Part shown: piece after piece, positions 21,587-32,870 of the stretch
Numbering within the stretch: position 1 is the first letter of the stretch
How the letters are laid out: every line of letters begins with the position of its first letter
NCBI GenBank assembly: GCA_964016885.1
Contig: OZ024743.1
Span: 339,450,001-339,514,000 of the forward strand
Length of the DNA: 64,000 nt
Origin: Eledone cirrhosa
Lineage: Eukaryota
Direction of reading: 5' to 3'
Program-made: the position numbers and the translations under genes
The notes under the pieces: generated by a model
Database searches by the model: none
What the model saw: the letters and a program-made list of their open reading frames with translations, nothing else
Told to the model about the DNA's origin: nothing

Positions 21587-22005
21587 AGTCAGTAGCTTGT
21601 TGATCAAGCAATGTCAAGTGATGTTTGTCTCAATGAGTTAAGAGAAGTTTTGCCATGTTCAAAGAAACAAGTAGTTGTATTCGTTTGTGTGTAGTGTTAT
21701 TACCCCGAGGAAGATGTTTTTTTTTTGTTTTTTTTTTTCAAATCACATGGATAGGAATTAACAAATGAACAAACATCGCTAATTTTAATGTTTTTATTTG
21801 TAACAGGATTTACTTTGAAATTATGTACAGCAATGAACAACGGGAAAAAAAGATGCACGCATATATGTAGTGTATTATTTGTGCAACTGTAGATTGCAAA
21901 GTAGTAGATTTTACTAACTTGGTAGCAAACTCAGTTAGTGTCGATCCCAGCAGGGTTGGCTAGCGAGTGTGTTTGAGGTTACATCGCAAGGCTGGCAAAG
22001 CAAGT

Positions 22006-22254
22006 TGTAGCAGAAAAGTCGACTATCTTTTGGGGTTGAATACCTCTTGTGTATATAAAAGGGTTAGGTTGCCAAGATACATTAAATAGATCGCCTTTTC
22101 AACTGTCCTTTTTTTTCAGACACTCCGGTACTGTGAGTCTCCTACAAGAGAATATCTAAGTTTGTTTCTCTGAGTTCACAAGTCAGTCTTTTGGTGGTCG
22201 TGAGTGACAGGCTAAGAAAACTATCGTGCGGAAATATGTCGAGGTTTCGCTACA
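22006..22254 (+). mobile_element. Candidate solo LTR (left boundary uncertain, alternative 21866)
   Basis: TGTAGCAGAAA...TTTCGCTACA terminal inverted repeat, internal TATATAAAAG and ATTAAA; no clean TSD. Confidence 0.4.
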
Positions 22255-22359
22255 TGTATCTGCATAATCTTATACAATTATAGTGTTAGATCAATATCTT
22301 CTGCACACCAGCCAGCTTGTTCATTCATTTCTACCAGACGATTTTTCTCCAGTTTGTTC

Positions 22360-22910
22360 TATGAGTGTGTGTATGTCTATATGTTTAGATTTGTGTGTGT
22401 ATGTCTATATGTTTAGATCTGTGTCTGTGTGCGTGTATGTCTATATGTTTATATCTCCGTGTGTATATCTATATCTGTGTGTGTGTATGTCTACATGTTT
22501 ATATCTGTATGTATGTCTATATATTTATATCTCTGTGTGTATGTTTATATATTTATATCACTGTGTGTGTGTATGTCTATACGTTTATATCTGTGTGTAT
22601 GTCTATATATTTATATCTGTGTGTGCATGTCTATATGTTTATATCTGTGTGTTTGTGCATGTCTATATGTTTATATCTATGTGTGTGTCTAAATGTTTAC
22701 AGCTGTGTGTATGCTCATTAATTTACATCTGTATGTGTGTGATAGTTTCTCTCACTGTCTCTCTCTCGTATGTCTATCTATGCGTGTCTACGTGTATTTA
22801 TGTGTGAATATGTGCCTACGTGTATGCTTGTGCAGCAATTAGTGTATGAATGTGTGTGTATGTATGTGTTTTTATCTATATCTATGTGAGTGTATGTGTC
22901 TATATGTGTC
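22360..22910. repeat. Degenerate TG/TA minisatellite (~26-28-bp unit TGTGTGTATGTCTATATGTTTATATC)
   Basis: Direct inspection. Confidence 0.85.
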
Positions 22911-23189
22911 TGTTGTTAAAGGCTGTTCCAGCCGTGGTCAAAGAAGATGGCCGAGTTAATGAAATTTGAGGGAATATTTGGCTGCGATTTCTAGCCAGTT
23001 GAAAGTCGACCTTGCTGGGAGCGTGTTTTATACAAGGGAGACAACTCTCACACATTTTTTTTCTCTTGTCTCTTTTGTGTCAAATTCTATAACAGATTTC
23101 TTTATTTTTATTGAAATCTTGTTTTCGTTGTTGTTGGTGCTGTTGTTATTCTTATTTTGGTTGTTGTCGGTGATAATTGTTTCTACTTT

Positions 23190-23310
23190 AGGCACAAGGC
23201 CAGCAATTATCTCAGTGTATTACCGGGACTTTATTTTATCAACCCCGTAAGGGTGAAAGGCAAAGTTAACCTCGGCGGGATTTGAACTCAAACCATAAAG
23301 GGCCGTAACT
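23190..23310 (-). mobile_element. tRNA-derived SINE fragment
   Basis: The reverse complement contains GTTCAAATCCCGCCGAGGTTAACTTTGCCTTTCACCC, as at 14380-14470. Confidence 0.65.
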
Positions 23311-23339
23311 CTCGGTGATAATTATGTTTCATTGTTACT

Positions 23340-26300
23340 GGGGCTGTTGTTGGTGGTGGTGGTGTTATTAGTGGTGGTGCTGCTGTTGTTAGTGGTGGTG
23401 CTGCTTTGTTAGTGGTGGTGGTGGTATTATTAGTGGTGGTGGTGTTATTAGTGGTGGTGCTGCTGTTGTTAGTGGTGGTGCTGCTGTTGTTAGTGGTGGT
23501 GGTGGTGGTGTTATTAGTGGTGGTGGTGGTGGTCTTATTAGTGGTGGTGGTGGTGTTATTAGTGGTGGTGGTGGTGGTGTTATTAGTGGTGCTGCTGTGT
23601 TGTTAGTGGTGGTGCTGCTGTTGTTTAGTGGTGGTGGTGGTGGTGTTATTAGTGTGGTGGTGTTATTAGTGGTGGTGCTGCTGTTGTTAGTGGTGGTGCT
23701 GCTGTTGTTAGTGGTGGTGGTGGTGTTATTAGTGGTGGTGGTGTTGTTGTTAGTGGTGGTGGTGGTGTTATTAGTGGTGGTGGTGGTGTTATTAGTGGTG
23801 GTGCTGCTGTTATTAGTGGTGGTGGTGGTGGTGTTAGTGGTGGTGGTGGTGTTATTAGTGGTGGTGCTGCTGTTATTAGTGGTGGTGGTGGTGGTGTTAG
23901 TGGTGGTGGTGGTGTTATTAGTGGTGGTGGTGGTGTTATTAGTGGTGGTGCTGCTGTTATTAGTGGTGGTGGTGTTGTTGTTAGTGGTGGTGGTGGTGTT
24001 ATTAGTGGTGGTGCTGCTGTTATTAGTGGTGGTGGTGTTGTTGTTAGTGGTGGTGGTGGTGTTATTAGTGGTGGTGCTGCTGTTATTAGTGGTGGTGGTG
24101 TTGTTGTTAGTGGTGGTGGTGGTGTTATTAGTGGTGGTGCTGCTGTTATTAGTGGTGGTGGTGGTGGTGTTAGTGGTGGTGGTGGTGTTATTAGTGGTGG
24201 TGGTGCTGTTATTAGTGGTGGTGGTGTTGTTGTTAGTGGTGGTGCTGCTGTTATTAGTGGTGGTGCTGCTGTTGTTAGTGGTGGTGGTGGTGGTGTTATT
24301 AGTGGTGGTGGTGTTATTGTTAGTGGTGGTGGTGGTGTTATTAGTGGTGGTGCTGCTGTTATTAGTGGTGGTGCTGCTGTTGTTAGTGGTGGTGCTGCTG
24401 TTGTTAGTGGTGGTGGTGGTGTTATTAGTGGTGGTGGTGGTGGTGTTAGTGGTGGTGGTGCTGCTGTTATTAGTGGTGCTGCTGCTGTTGTTAGTGGTGG
24501 TGGTGGTGTTGTTAGTGGTGGTGGTGTTGTTGTTAGTGGTGGTGGTGGTGTTATTAGTGGTGGCGCTGCTGTTATTAGTGGTGGTGGTGTTGTTGTTAGT
24601 GGTGGTGGTGGTGGTGTTATTAGTGGTGGTGCTGCTGTTATTAGTGGTGGTGGTGGTGGTGTTAGTGGTGGTGGTGGTGTTATTAGTGGTGGTGGTGCTG
24701 TTATTAGTGGTGGTGGTGTTGTTGTTAGTGGTGGTGCTGCTGTTGTTAGTGGTGGCGCTGCTGTTGTTTAGTGGTGGTGCTGCTGTTGTTAGTGGTGGTG
24801 GTGGTGTTATTAGTTGTGGTGGTGTTATTAGTGGTGGTGCTGCTGTTATTAGTGGTGCTGCTGCTGTTGTTAGTGGTGGTGCTGCTGTTGTTTAGTGGTG
24901 GTGCTGCTGTTGTTAGTGGTGGTGGTGGTGTTATTAGTGGTGGTGTTGTTGTTGTTAGTGGTGGTGGTGGTGGTGTTATTAGTGGTGGTGCTGCTGTTGT
25001 TAGTGGTGGTGCTGCTGTTGTTAGTGGTGGTGGTGCTGTTGTTAGTGGTGGTGCTGCTGTTGTTAGTGGTGGTGCTGTTGTTGTTAGTGGTGGTGGTGGT
25101 GTTGTTAGTGGTGGTGCTGCTGTTGTTAGTGGTGGTGCTGTTGTTGTTAGTGGTGGTGCTGCTGTTGTTAGTGGTGGTGCTGCTGTTGTTAGTGGTGGTG
25201 GTGGTGTTATTAGTGGTGGTGCTGCTGTTGTTAGTGGTGGTGGTGTTGTTAGTGGTGGTGGTGTTGTTGTTAGTGGTAGTGGTGGTGTTGTTAGTGGTGG
25301 TGCTGCTGTTGTTATTGGTGGTGGTGTTGTTAGTGGTGGTGCTGCTGTTGTTAGTGGTGGTGGTGGTGTTGTTAGTGGTGGTGCTGCTGTGGTTCGTGAT
25401 GGTGGTGGTGTTATTAGTGGTGGTGGTGTTATTAGTGGTGGTGCTGCTGTTGTTAGTGGTGGTGGTGTTGTTAGTGGTGGTGGTGTTGTTGTTATTGGTG
25501 GTGGTGCTGTTGTTAGTGGTGGTGCTGCTGTTGTTAGTGGTGGTGCTGCTGTTGTTAGTGGTGGTGCTGCTGTTGTTAGTGGTGGTGGTGTTGTTGTTAG
25601 TGGTGGTGCTGCTGTTGTTAGTGGTGGTGCTGCTGTTGTTAGTGGTGGTGGTGGTGTTATTAGTGGTGGTGGTGGTGTTAGTGGTGGTGCTGCTGTTGTT
25701 AGTGGTGGTGGTGGTGTTGTTAGTGGTGGTGCTGCTGTTGTTAGTGGTGGTGGTGGTGTTGTTAGTGGTGGTGCTGCTGTTGTTAGTGGTGGTGGTGCTG
25801 TTGTTAGTGGTGGTGCTGCTGTTGTTAGTGGTGCTGCTGCTGTTGTTAGTGGTGGTGCTGCTGTTGTTAGTGGTGGTGGTGCTGTTGTTAGTGGTGGTGC
25901 TGCTGTTGTTAGTGGTGGTGGTGGTGGTGTTAGTGGTGGTGCTGCTGTTGTTAGTGGTGCTGCTGCTGTTGTTAGTGGTGGTGCTGCTGTTGTTAGTGGT
26001 GGTGGTGGTGTTGTTAGTGGTGGTGCTGTTATTAGTGGTGGTGCTGCTGTTGTTAGTGGTGGTGCTGCTGTTGTTAGTGGTGGTGGTGGTGTTGTTAGTG
26101 GTGGTGCTGCTGTTGTTAGTGGTGGTGCTGCTGTTGTTAGTGGTGGTGCTGCTGTTGTTAGTGGTGGTGGTGGTGTTATTAGTGGTGGTGGTGGTGTTAG
26201 TGGTGGTGCTGCTGTTGTTAGTGGTGGTGCTGCTGTTGTTAGTGGTGGTGCTGCTGTTGTTAGTGGTGGTGGTGGTGGTGTTAGTGGTGGTGCTGCTGTT

Positions 26301-26550
26301 GTTAGTGGTGGTGCTGCTGTTGTTAGTGGTGGTGGTGGTGTTATTAGTGGTGGTGGTGGTGTTAGTGGTGGTGCTGCTGTTGTTAGTGGTGGTGTTGCTG
26401 TTGTTAGTGGTGGTGTTGGAATTGGTGATAGAGTTATTGATGGTAGTGATGATGGTGGTGTTGGTATTGGTGATAATGGTGGTGGTATTGATGATAGAGT
26501 AATTGATGGTATTGATGTTGGCATTGGTGGTGGTGGTGGTGGTGGTGTTT
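23340..26550. repeat. 3.2-kb trinucleotide-built minisatellite (GGT/GCT/GTT/ATT/AGT; modal 21-mer GTTAGTGGTGGTGCTGCTGTT)
   Basis: Direct inspection; its long ORFs are artefacts. Confidence 0.95.
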
Positions 26551-26772
26551 GTAATAATGACAATATTAAAAGCTATTAGCCTAATACAATAGTCTCACCA
26601 TGTTTCTTATATTTAAATGTCATTGAATCATATCAAACTAATGTGTGTGTGTGTATGTGTGTGAGTGTGTGTGTGTGTGTATGTGTGTGAGTGTGTGTGT
26701 GTGTGGGTGTGTGGGTGTGTTTATATATAGATACACACACACACACACACACACATACATATATAATTAGAT

Positions 26773-26930
26773 GCATGGCTGTGTAGTTACGGAGTTTGCT
26801 TTGTAATCACGTGGTTTCTGGTTCAGTCGCACTGTCTGACACTTTGGACAAGTATCTTCTACTAGAGCCTCAAGTGGACCAATGCTTTCTGAGTAAAATC
26901 TGGTAGACAGAAACTGTTTAGAAGCCCATC
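26773..26930 (+). mobile_element. tRNA-derived SINE (second family)
   Basis: TGGCTGTGTAGTTA A-box-like, GGTTCAGTCG B-box-like, body TTGGACAAGTATCTTCTACTA..GGTAGACAGAAACTG. Confidence 0.6.
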
Positions 26931-27222
26931 AAGTACATAGATATATACATACATACGTACATTTATATTTACATACATACATACAGAGGTGAGGAACAAC
27001 GATACGCGGGTTGACTGCCAAATGTCGACTGGCGAAAGTGTTTGGAACCACTCTATTTATACAGAAACAATCGTTTGATGTTTAGTCGCTGCGTAGGCGT
27101 TTATTCTGGTGAATTCTAAGGGTTGTTTGTTTCACGGTGAGGTAGCTAGCTACCAGATAGATGTAGCTGTGTATTTCACAGATGTTATTTTCGGTGGCTG
27201 TACATTAGCCCCCTGCCAGATC

Positions 27223-27518
27223 TATAACAAAATACTGGGTTGTATAAGTATAACAAGGAGACGTAGTTTGTGTGTATAATATTTAATCAACAATTTGTGG
27301 ATATATAGAACAGTATAGTTGACATGTCAATGAATAGATGAAAGAATGAAGCAAAGTTATTAGTTACCGTTTTGGTTGCCAGGCGAATGCGCCTGGCCGA
27401 AGACGATTGGCCGAAGGCCAGGAGCCGAAAAGGCAAATGAGAGAAAGGGAGCTGAAGATTATTCGTTTTATTTATTGGTGATGTGAGTGTCACAACAAGG
27501 GAGGCAACTCCTGCTACA
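27223..27518 (-). mobile_element. Nested solo LTR related to the Gypsy-1 LTR, TSD GATC
   Basis: The right end GTGATGTGA.TGTCA..ACAAGGGAGGCAACTC.TGCTACA matches the Gypsy-1 LTR end; GATC at 27219-27222 and 27519-27522; the left terminus TATAAC is degenerate. Confidence 0.7.
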
Positions 27519-30500
27519 GATCTTTTGTACAACAAAAGAGCGAAATATCGTATAGTAATGAGCCAGTGGTGCATTTGTCATGACAATAGCCCAAGGAGTG
27601 TCCGGCACGTTGTGAAGTTTGGCTATCATCGAGTATAGGACAGAGTCGATGTAGAAATGATATTGCAAGCTGTGTGTGTCAGGAAGAGAAAAAAGAAATA
27701 AACTATAAAATGACTTTGACCAGTTTTATGCAGGCGTGATGAATGAGCCTGTTGCAATTTGGGTTGAGCTGCCTGTGAATTGCATGACAAAAAGTCTAAC
27801 TGGGTAGTGAAGATAACCGTAATGTGTGAACTGAATGGCCGTAAGCATGCTGCCTAAAAGTAACAGTTTGCTCCACAGCATATGACTTGAGCGAATGCAT
27901 GTGGTAAAAAAATAGCGAGGCATTCTCGAGCTATTGAGTGAATGTGTACGTGAAAAAAGAAGGCCAGTGTTTTGAGGATGCGATTTGTGAAATGCGTGAT
28001 CAAAGAGAAAACGTTTTGTAGTGTAAGAGTTAGAGAGACACAAATATCTATTGCTCAGTGTATGAATTAAAAGGTGAAACAAACGTGGTTTTGTATGTGC
28101 ATGAAAAACAGAATATGTACACGCATTGTATGTATATAAAAATGATGGCAATTACACAATCAATGCTACCGAACAAGAAAAATACAAATTTTTGCAAAAC
28201 AAGAGAGTGAAGAAAAAAAAAAATGATATACACAATGTTTGTTCTTAAATAGAGTTTGTAATAAATAATGTTCATTATAAATAATGTTCTTCGTGACATG
28301 AGCACATGGTCACTAAAAATTGCAATTGTTCAAGCAGAAAGTTCATTGTATTTGAAACTGGAAATAGTAAACACAAGAAAAATGGAAATGTTTTTCACGA
28401 AGAATGATTAAGAAACTCACTTGAGGTTAACGGTAATTCATATATTGTGCCAACTTGGCGGGCCAATGGACGCGTCGTCCGCTTCACGTGACTGGAGATG
28501 AAACAGGTGGCTTGCTGGGACAGCAATCTGTTGGAGTTTCTGGTGTAGAGACTGTAACAGTATCCATGATGGCTTTTTTAATCTGTCCACGCTGACAGAA
28601 TTCTGTTTACCATCTAGATCGAGAATAAAATATTTCGGATATTTTCTTAGAACACGGTAAGGGCCAGAATATGGAGGTCGAAGATGAGCTGAGATGGTGT
28701 CGTTTCGAACGAAAACGTGTCCAATCTTTAATGTCTGAAGGTACGTGTGTGGCCGTGTTCTCCTGACGGGTGCTTGCAGGAGCAAGGTGAGACATATATT
28801 GTCGAAGTAGGTGTACGTATGATCCTGGGTCTGGAACATCCTGAGGAGAGATGGGAGCAACCATCTGACCAGGTAGAACCAGGGTGGTGCCGTACACTAA
28901 TTCTGCAGGTGTGTGTCCGAATTCCTCCTTAACGGTGGATCGAATGCCCAGAAGGATGAGTGGCAGGTATTCAAACCAGTGGGTCTTGTCTGGATATGCT
29001 TTTATTGCAGCTTTCAATTGGCGATGGAATCTTTCCACGAGACCATTAGCTTGCGGGTGATAAGCTGTCGTGCGGATGTGTTTACATCCTAACAGGCGAG
29101 TCAGTTCCCTGAAGAGGTGGGAGTCAAATTGGCGTCCTCTGTCCATTGTTATCTTCGCTGGGGCGCCATAACGTGATACCCAGTGTAAAACCAAAGTTTT
29201 AGCGACTGTTTCCGCTGAGGTATCATTTATGGGAAAAGCCTCAGGCCAACGGGAAAATCAATCTATGCAGGTGAGCAAGTGTGTGTAGTTCTGTGATGGT
29301 GGTAGAGTTCCGACGATGTCGATATGCACATGATGAAAACGTGCATCAGGTTGCGCGAATGTGCCGAGTGGAGTTTTGATGTGTCTGTGGACTTTGGCTT
29401 TCTGGCAGGTAATGCAGCTCCTCGACCTGTCGCGCACGTCCTTGTTAATGTTAGTCCACACAAAACGAGCAGAGCTGAGTTTCTGTGTAGCCCGGATTCC
29501 CGGGTGAGACAAGCAGTGTAAAGCAGAAAAAACTTGTCGACGATTCATCTGTGGTACGTACGGTCGTTCATGACCGGTAGAAAGGTCGCACCAAATTTGT
29601 CCCGAAGAAGGAATGGGAACTTGCTAAAACTTGAGGGATGGCGAATCTCGGAGCTTGATAAACTCTTCGTCAGTCTCTTGGTCAGCTGCGATCTGTTGAA
29701 GGTCGATGCCCGAATGCACATGTATTGCGTTCAGCTGGATTCGGGACAGGGCGTCGGCTGCTACGTTGTCTGATCCCTTGATATGCCGAATATCAGTTGA
29801 ATATTGGGAGACAAAATTCAGGTGTCGGAGTTCTCTCGGTGAATGTCGATCAGGTTTGGTACAGAACGCATAAACTAGTGGTTTATAGTCCATGTAGATC
29901 ACGAAATTCGACCCTTCGAGCATATGCCGAAAATGCTTAACCGAAAGGTAGGTTGACAAGAGTTCGCGGCTAAACGTACTGTATTTCGTTTCTGCAGGTT
30001 GCAACCGCTTAGAAAAGAAGGATAAGGGTTGCCACACGCCGTCGACATGTTGTAAAACGCCTCCAATCCCCGTGTCTGATGCGTCCACTAGCAGCGAAAG
30101 AGGAGCGCCAGACCTGGGGAAAACGAGCATGGAAGCGTTTGCCAACATTTCCTTCAGGCGGTTAAAAGATATTAATTCTTCCTCGTTTAGAGTGATCTCT
30201 TCGTTTTGGCGAGTCCGGTTACGAAGAAAGTCCGTGAGGAGTCTGGCTGCGTCGTAACAATGAGGGATGAAACGCCTATACAAATTCACCAGACCGAGGA
30301 GTTCACGCAGTTTCCGAAGTGATGTAGGTGCAGGAAAACTGCGGATAGCTTCTACTTTCTCGGGAAGTGGACGAATGCCGTCTTTATCAATGATGTGCCC
30401 GAGAAAGGACAGTGAAGGAACGCCGAGAAGGCACTTGCTGGGTTTGATGATGATACCGTACTCAGCCAAACGTTGGAAAAGGAGATCTAAGTGCTTCTCG

Positions 30501-32403
30501 TGTTCTTGCTCGGAAGTACTTGCTACCAGAATACGAAGGGTAGATCACGTAACTCGGTGTCAATAAACCGCTGAAAAGTTTGTGCAGCGTTGCGCAGACC
30601 GAACGGCATTCGCAGGAATTCAAATAAACCGAACGGTGTTGTGATTGCGGTCTTCGGAATATTTTCAGGCTCCATAGGTATCTGGTTATATGCACGCACC
30701 AAATCTATCTTGGAAAAGATGCGTGCGCCTTGCAAAGAGGCAGAAAAGTCGTGCAGGTGAGGTACAGGGTAATTATCGGGTACTGTAGAATTGTTAAGTG
30801 CACGATAATCCCCACATGGTCGCCAATCATTCTCGTTTTTTTAGGAACAAGGTGTAGGGGTGCAGACCAGTTGCTGGAGGAAGGGCGAATGATTCCGAGG
30901 TCCAGGATGTGTTGGAACTCCTGTTTGGCGATTCTCAATCGGTCTGGAGGTAGTCTCCTTGGTCGGGCAGATGTGGGTGGTCCTCTTGTCTCGATGTGGT
31001 GTGTGACACTATGCTTAATAGGACCATCCTTAAATACCGGGCGAGTGATGTCTGGATATTTCTGGAGAATGCCGTTGTACCGCGAAGATTCTGACTGGCA
31101 AATTACAGGGCTCACTGTGGATTGCGTGGTAAATATACCTCTCACAGTGAGGTTTGTGGTGGTGTCAATAAGCCTCCGGTTCTTCATATCCACCAGAAGG
31201 TTGAAGTGGTGGAGAAAATCGGCTCCTAGGATAGGGGTCGGCAGGTCTGCCACGACGAACACCCATTGAAAACGCCGCCTCAGGCCTAAATTGAGGGTCA
31301 GTGATTTTTCCCCGAAAGTCGGAATTGAAGATCGATTCACTGCCTGCAGAAAGGACGGTGTTGGGTGTCTTTTGCCCGAGATTAGTGAAACAGGAATAAC
31401 ACTAACCTGGGCTCCTATATCCACGAGGTAACGGATGCCTGTCGCTTGGTCGTTAATAAAAAATAGACGACTTTTCTTCTCAGTACCAGGGGTGAACGTC
31501 GTCGCTAGGCCCTGGTCTGCCCGTTTCCCTGGGTGATATTCGGGAAAGAACATGGGGCCCTACACTTAGATGCCTGTGCGCCGAATTCTTCGTGATACCA
31601 GCAGAGGTTGCCAGACACACGATTTTGACTGGGACTTCTCGATCTTCGACGGTGAAAGGGCCTGGATCGACTGTTGCTGCGCCGCCGGTGTGTTTGAAAG
31701 GTCAGGTTCTCTAATTGGTTTGAGAGGGCTTTAATTTGACCAGCCTGCTCTCTGATCATAGCCCGCACCTCTGAAATCTCGGAGGTGGAGTCCGAGGACG
31801 CTACGTAAGGATTCGTTCGACGATCTACCTGTGCTACTGAGGCAAAAGGGTTTGACACCTCAGCGATCTTATCTGCGACACTCGCCAGTTCTTCTGGGGT
31901 TGCTGACTCGTTAGTCGACGCCAGAATGCCCTGCATCGATAAGGGCAAGCGCTGTATAAATAGCCGTTTCAGCAGATCTTCTGAAAGCGGCTGGTCCTCC
32001 ATCAGCTGTCTCATCTTTCGCAATAGTTGGGACGGTTTTCTGTCCCCCAATTCTTCTGCAGACACGAGTTGGTTGAGTCGTTCTCTGCTATGACGCGGTC
32101 GTCCGCTTGATCAATTCCTTGCGGAATGATTCATATGACACCGTACCCGGCGGTACCATGACGAGGTCCCTCACCTCAGCCAAGACTTCTAGCGGGACAG
32201 ACCCAATGATGTAGGTGAGCCTTGCGGAATCGCTCTTAATTCTGTTAGCGGCGAATTGCGCTTCTATGTGAGCGAACCACAGAGTCGGGTCGTTGGACCA
32301 AAAAGCGGGGACTTTCAATGTTAAAGCCGCTTGTGTGGTTGGTATCTCGGCCTCTATCGTTGTTTGTGACATGTCCATGTCGGTATCTTCTTAGGTGCTG
32401 TCT

Positions 32404-32435
32404 GGTTGCGCGTTCGATTCACGTCGAGGTCACCA
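32404..32435 (-). promoter_or_regulatory. Extended tRNA-Trp primer-binding site
   Basis: The + strand reads GGTTGCGCGTTCGATTCACGTCGAGGTCACCA, 2 nt from the TGTAG LTR end. Confidence 0.85.
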
Positions 32436-32466
32436 ATTGTAGCGACGTGGTTAGTCAGTCTGGTCA

Positions 32467-32633
<167 letters not shown>

Positions 32634-32821
32634 TTAAGGATACTATTATGGTTATGTATATACTAAAACTTTATATATTTTAAACCCTAAACAGTGAAAG
32701 ACAGTAATTTATTACTACATTATTACCAGTAAGATAAATAGCTCAATGTAATAACATCAGTTGTTCTACAGAGCAGTTATATAGAATTCACAGGAATCAA
32801 AGCTATGTTCAAAGCATTTAT

Positions 32822-32870
32822 TAGTTTACAATTGTTTCATCCAAACCGAGGCTTGGAGTCTTCGGAGCAT
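32822..32870 (-). ncRNA. Degenerate minimal hammerhead (Penelope pLTR-like), followed by AATAAA
   Basis: The reverse complement reads CCGAAGA-C-UCCAAGCC UC GGUUUGGA-U-GAAA-CAAUUG-UA-AACU-AAUAAA; stem I is decayed. Confidence 0.55.

Larger units (their letters stand above)
26985..32466 (-). mobile_element. Decayed Ty3/Gypsy element (Gypsy-2) with both LTRs truncated at microsatellites
   Basis: gag 32378-31505; pol ~31530-28440 ([41 protein letters not shown]); PPT GGCAGGGGGCTAA at 27205-27217 next to an LTR end at 27204; 5' LTR stub at 32438-32466. Confidence 0.9.

Noticed and set aside
22283-22807. Cys/Val/Tyr-rich ORFs (also 7886-8271 and 32318-32683)
   Set aside because: Microsatellite translations.
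23406-26579. 432-605-aa poly-Val/Leu, Gly-rich and Pro/Thr ORFs
   Set aside because: Translations of a triplet minisatellite, open in several frames on both strands.
32404-32435. tRNA-Trp gene
   Set aside because: Only the 3' half with encoded CCA, adjacent to an LTR, so it is a PBS.
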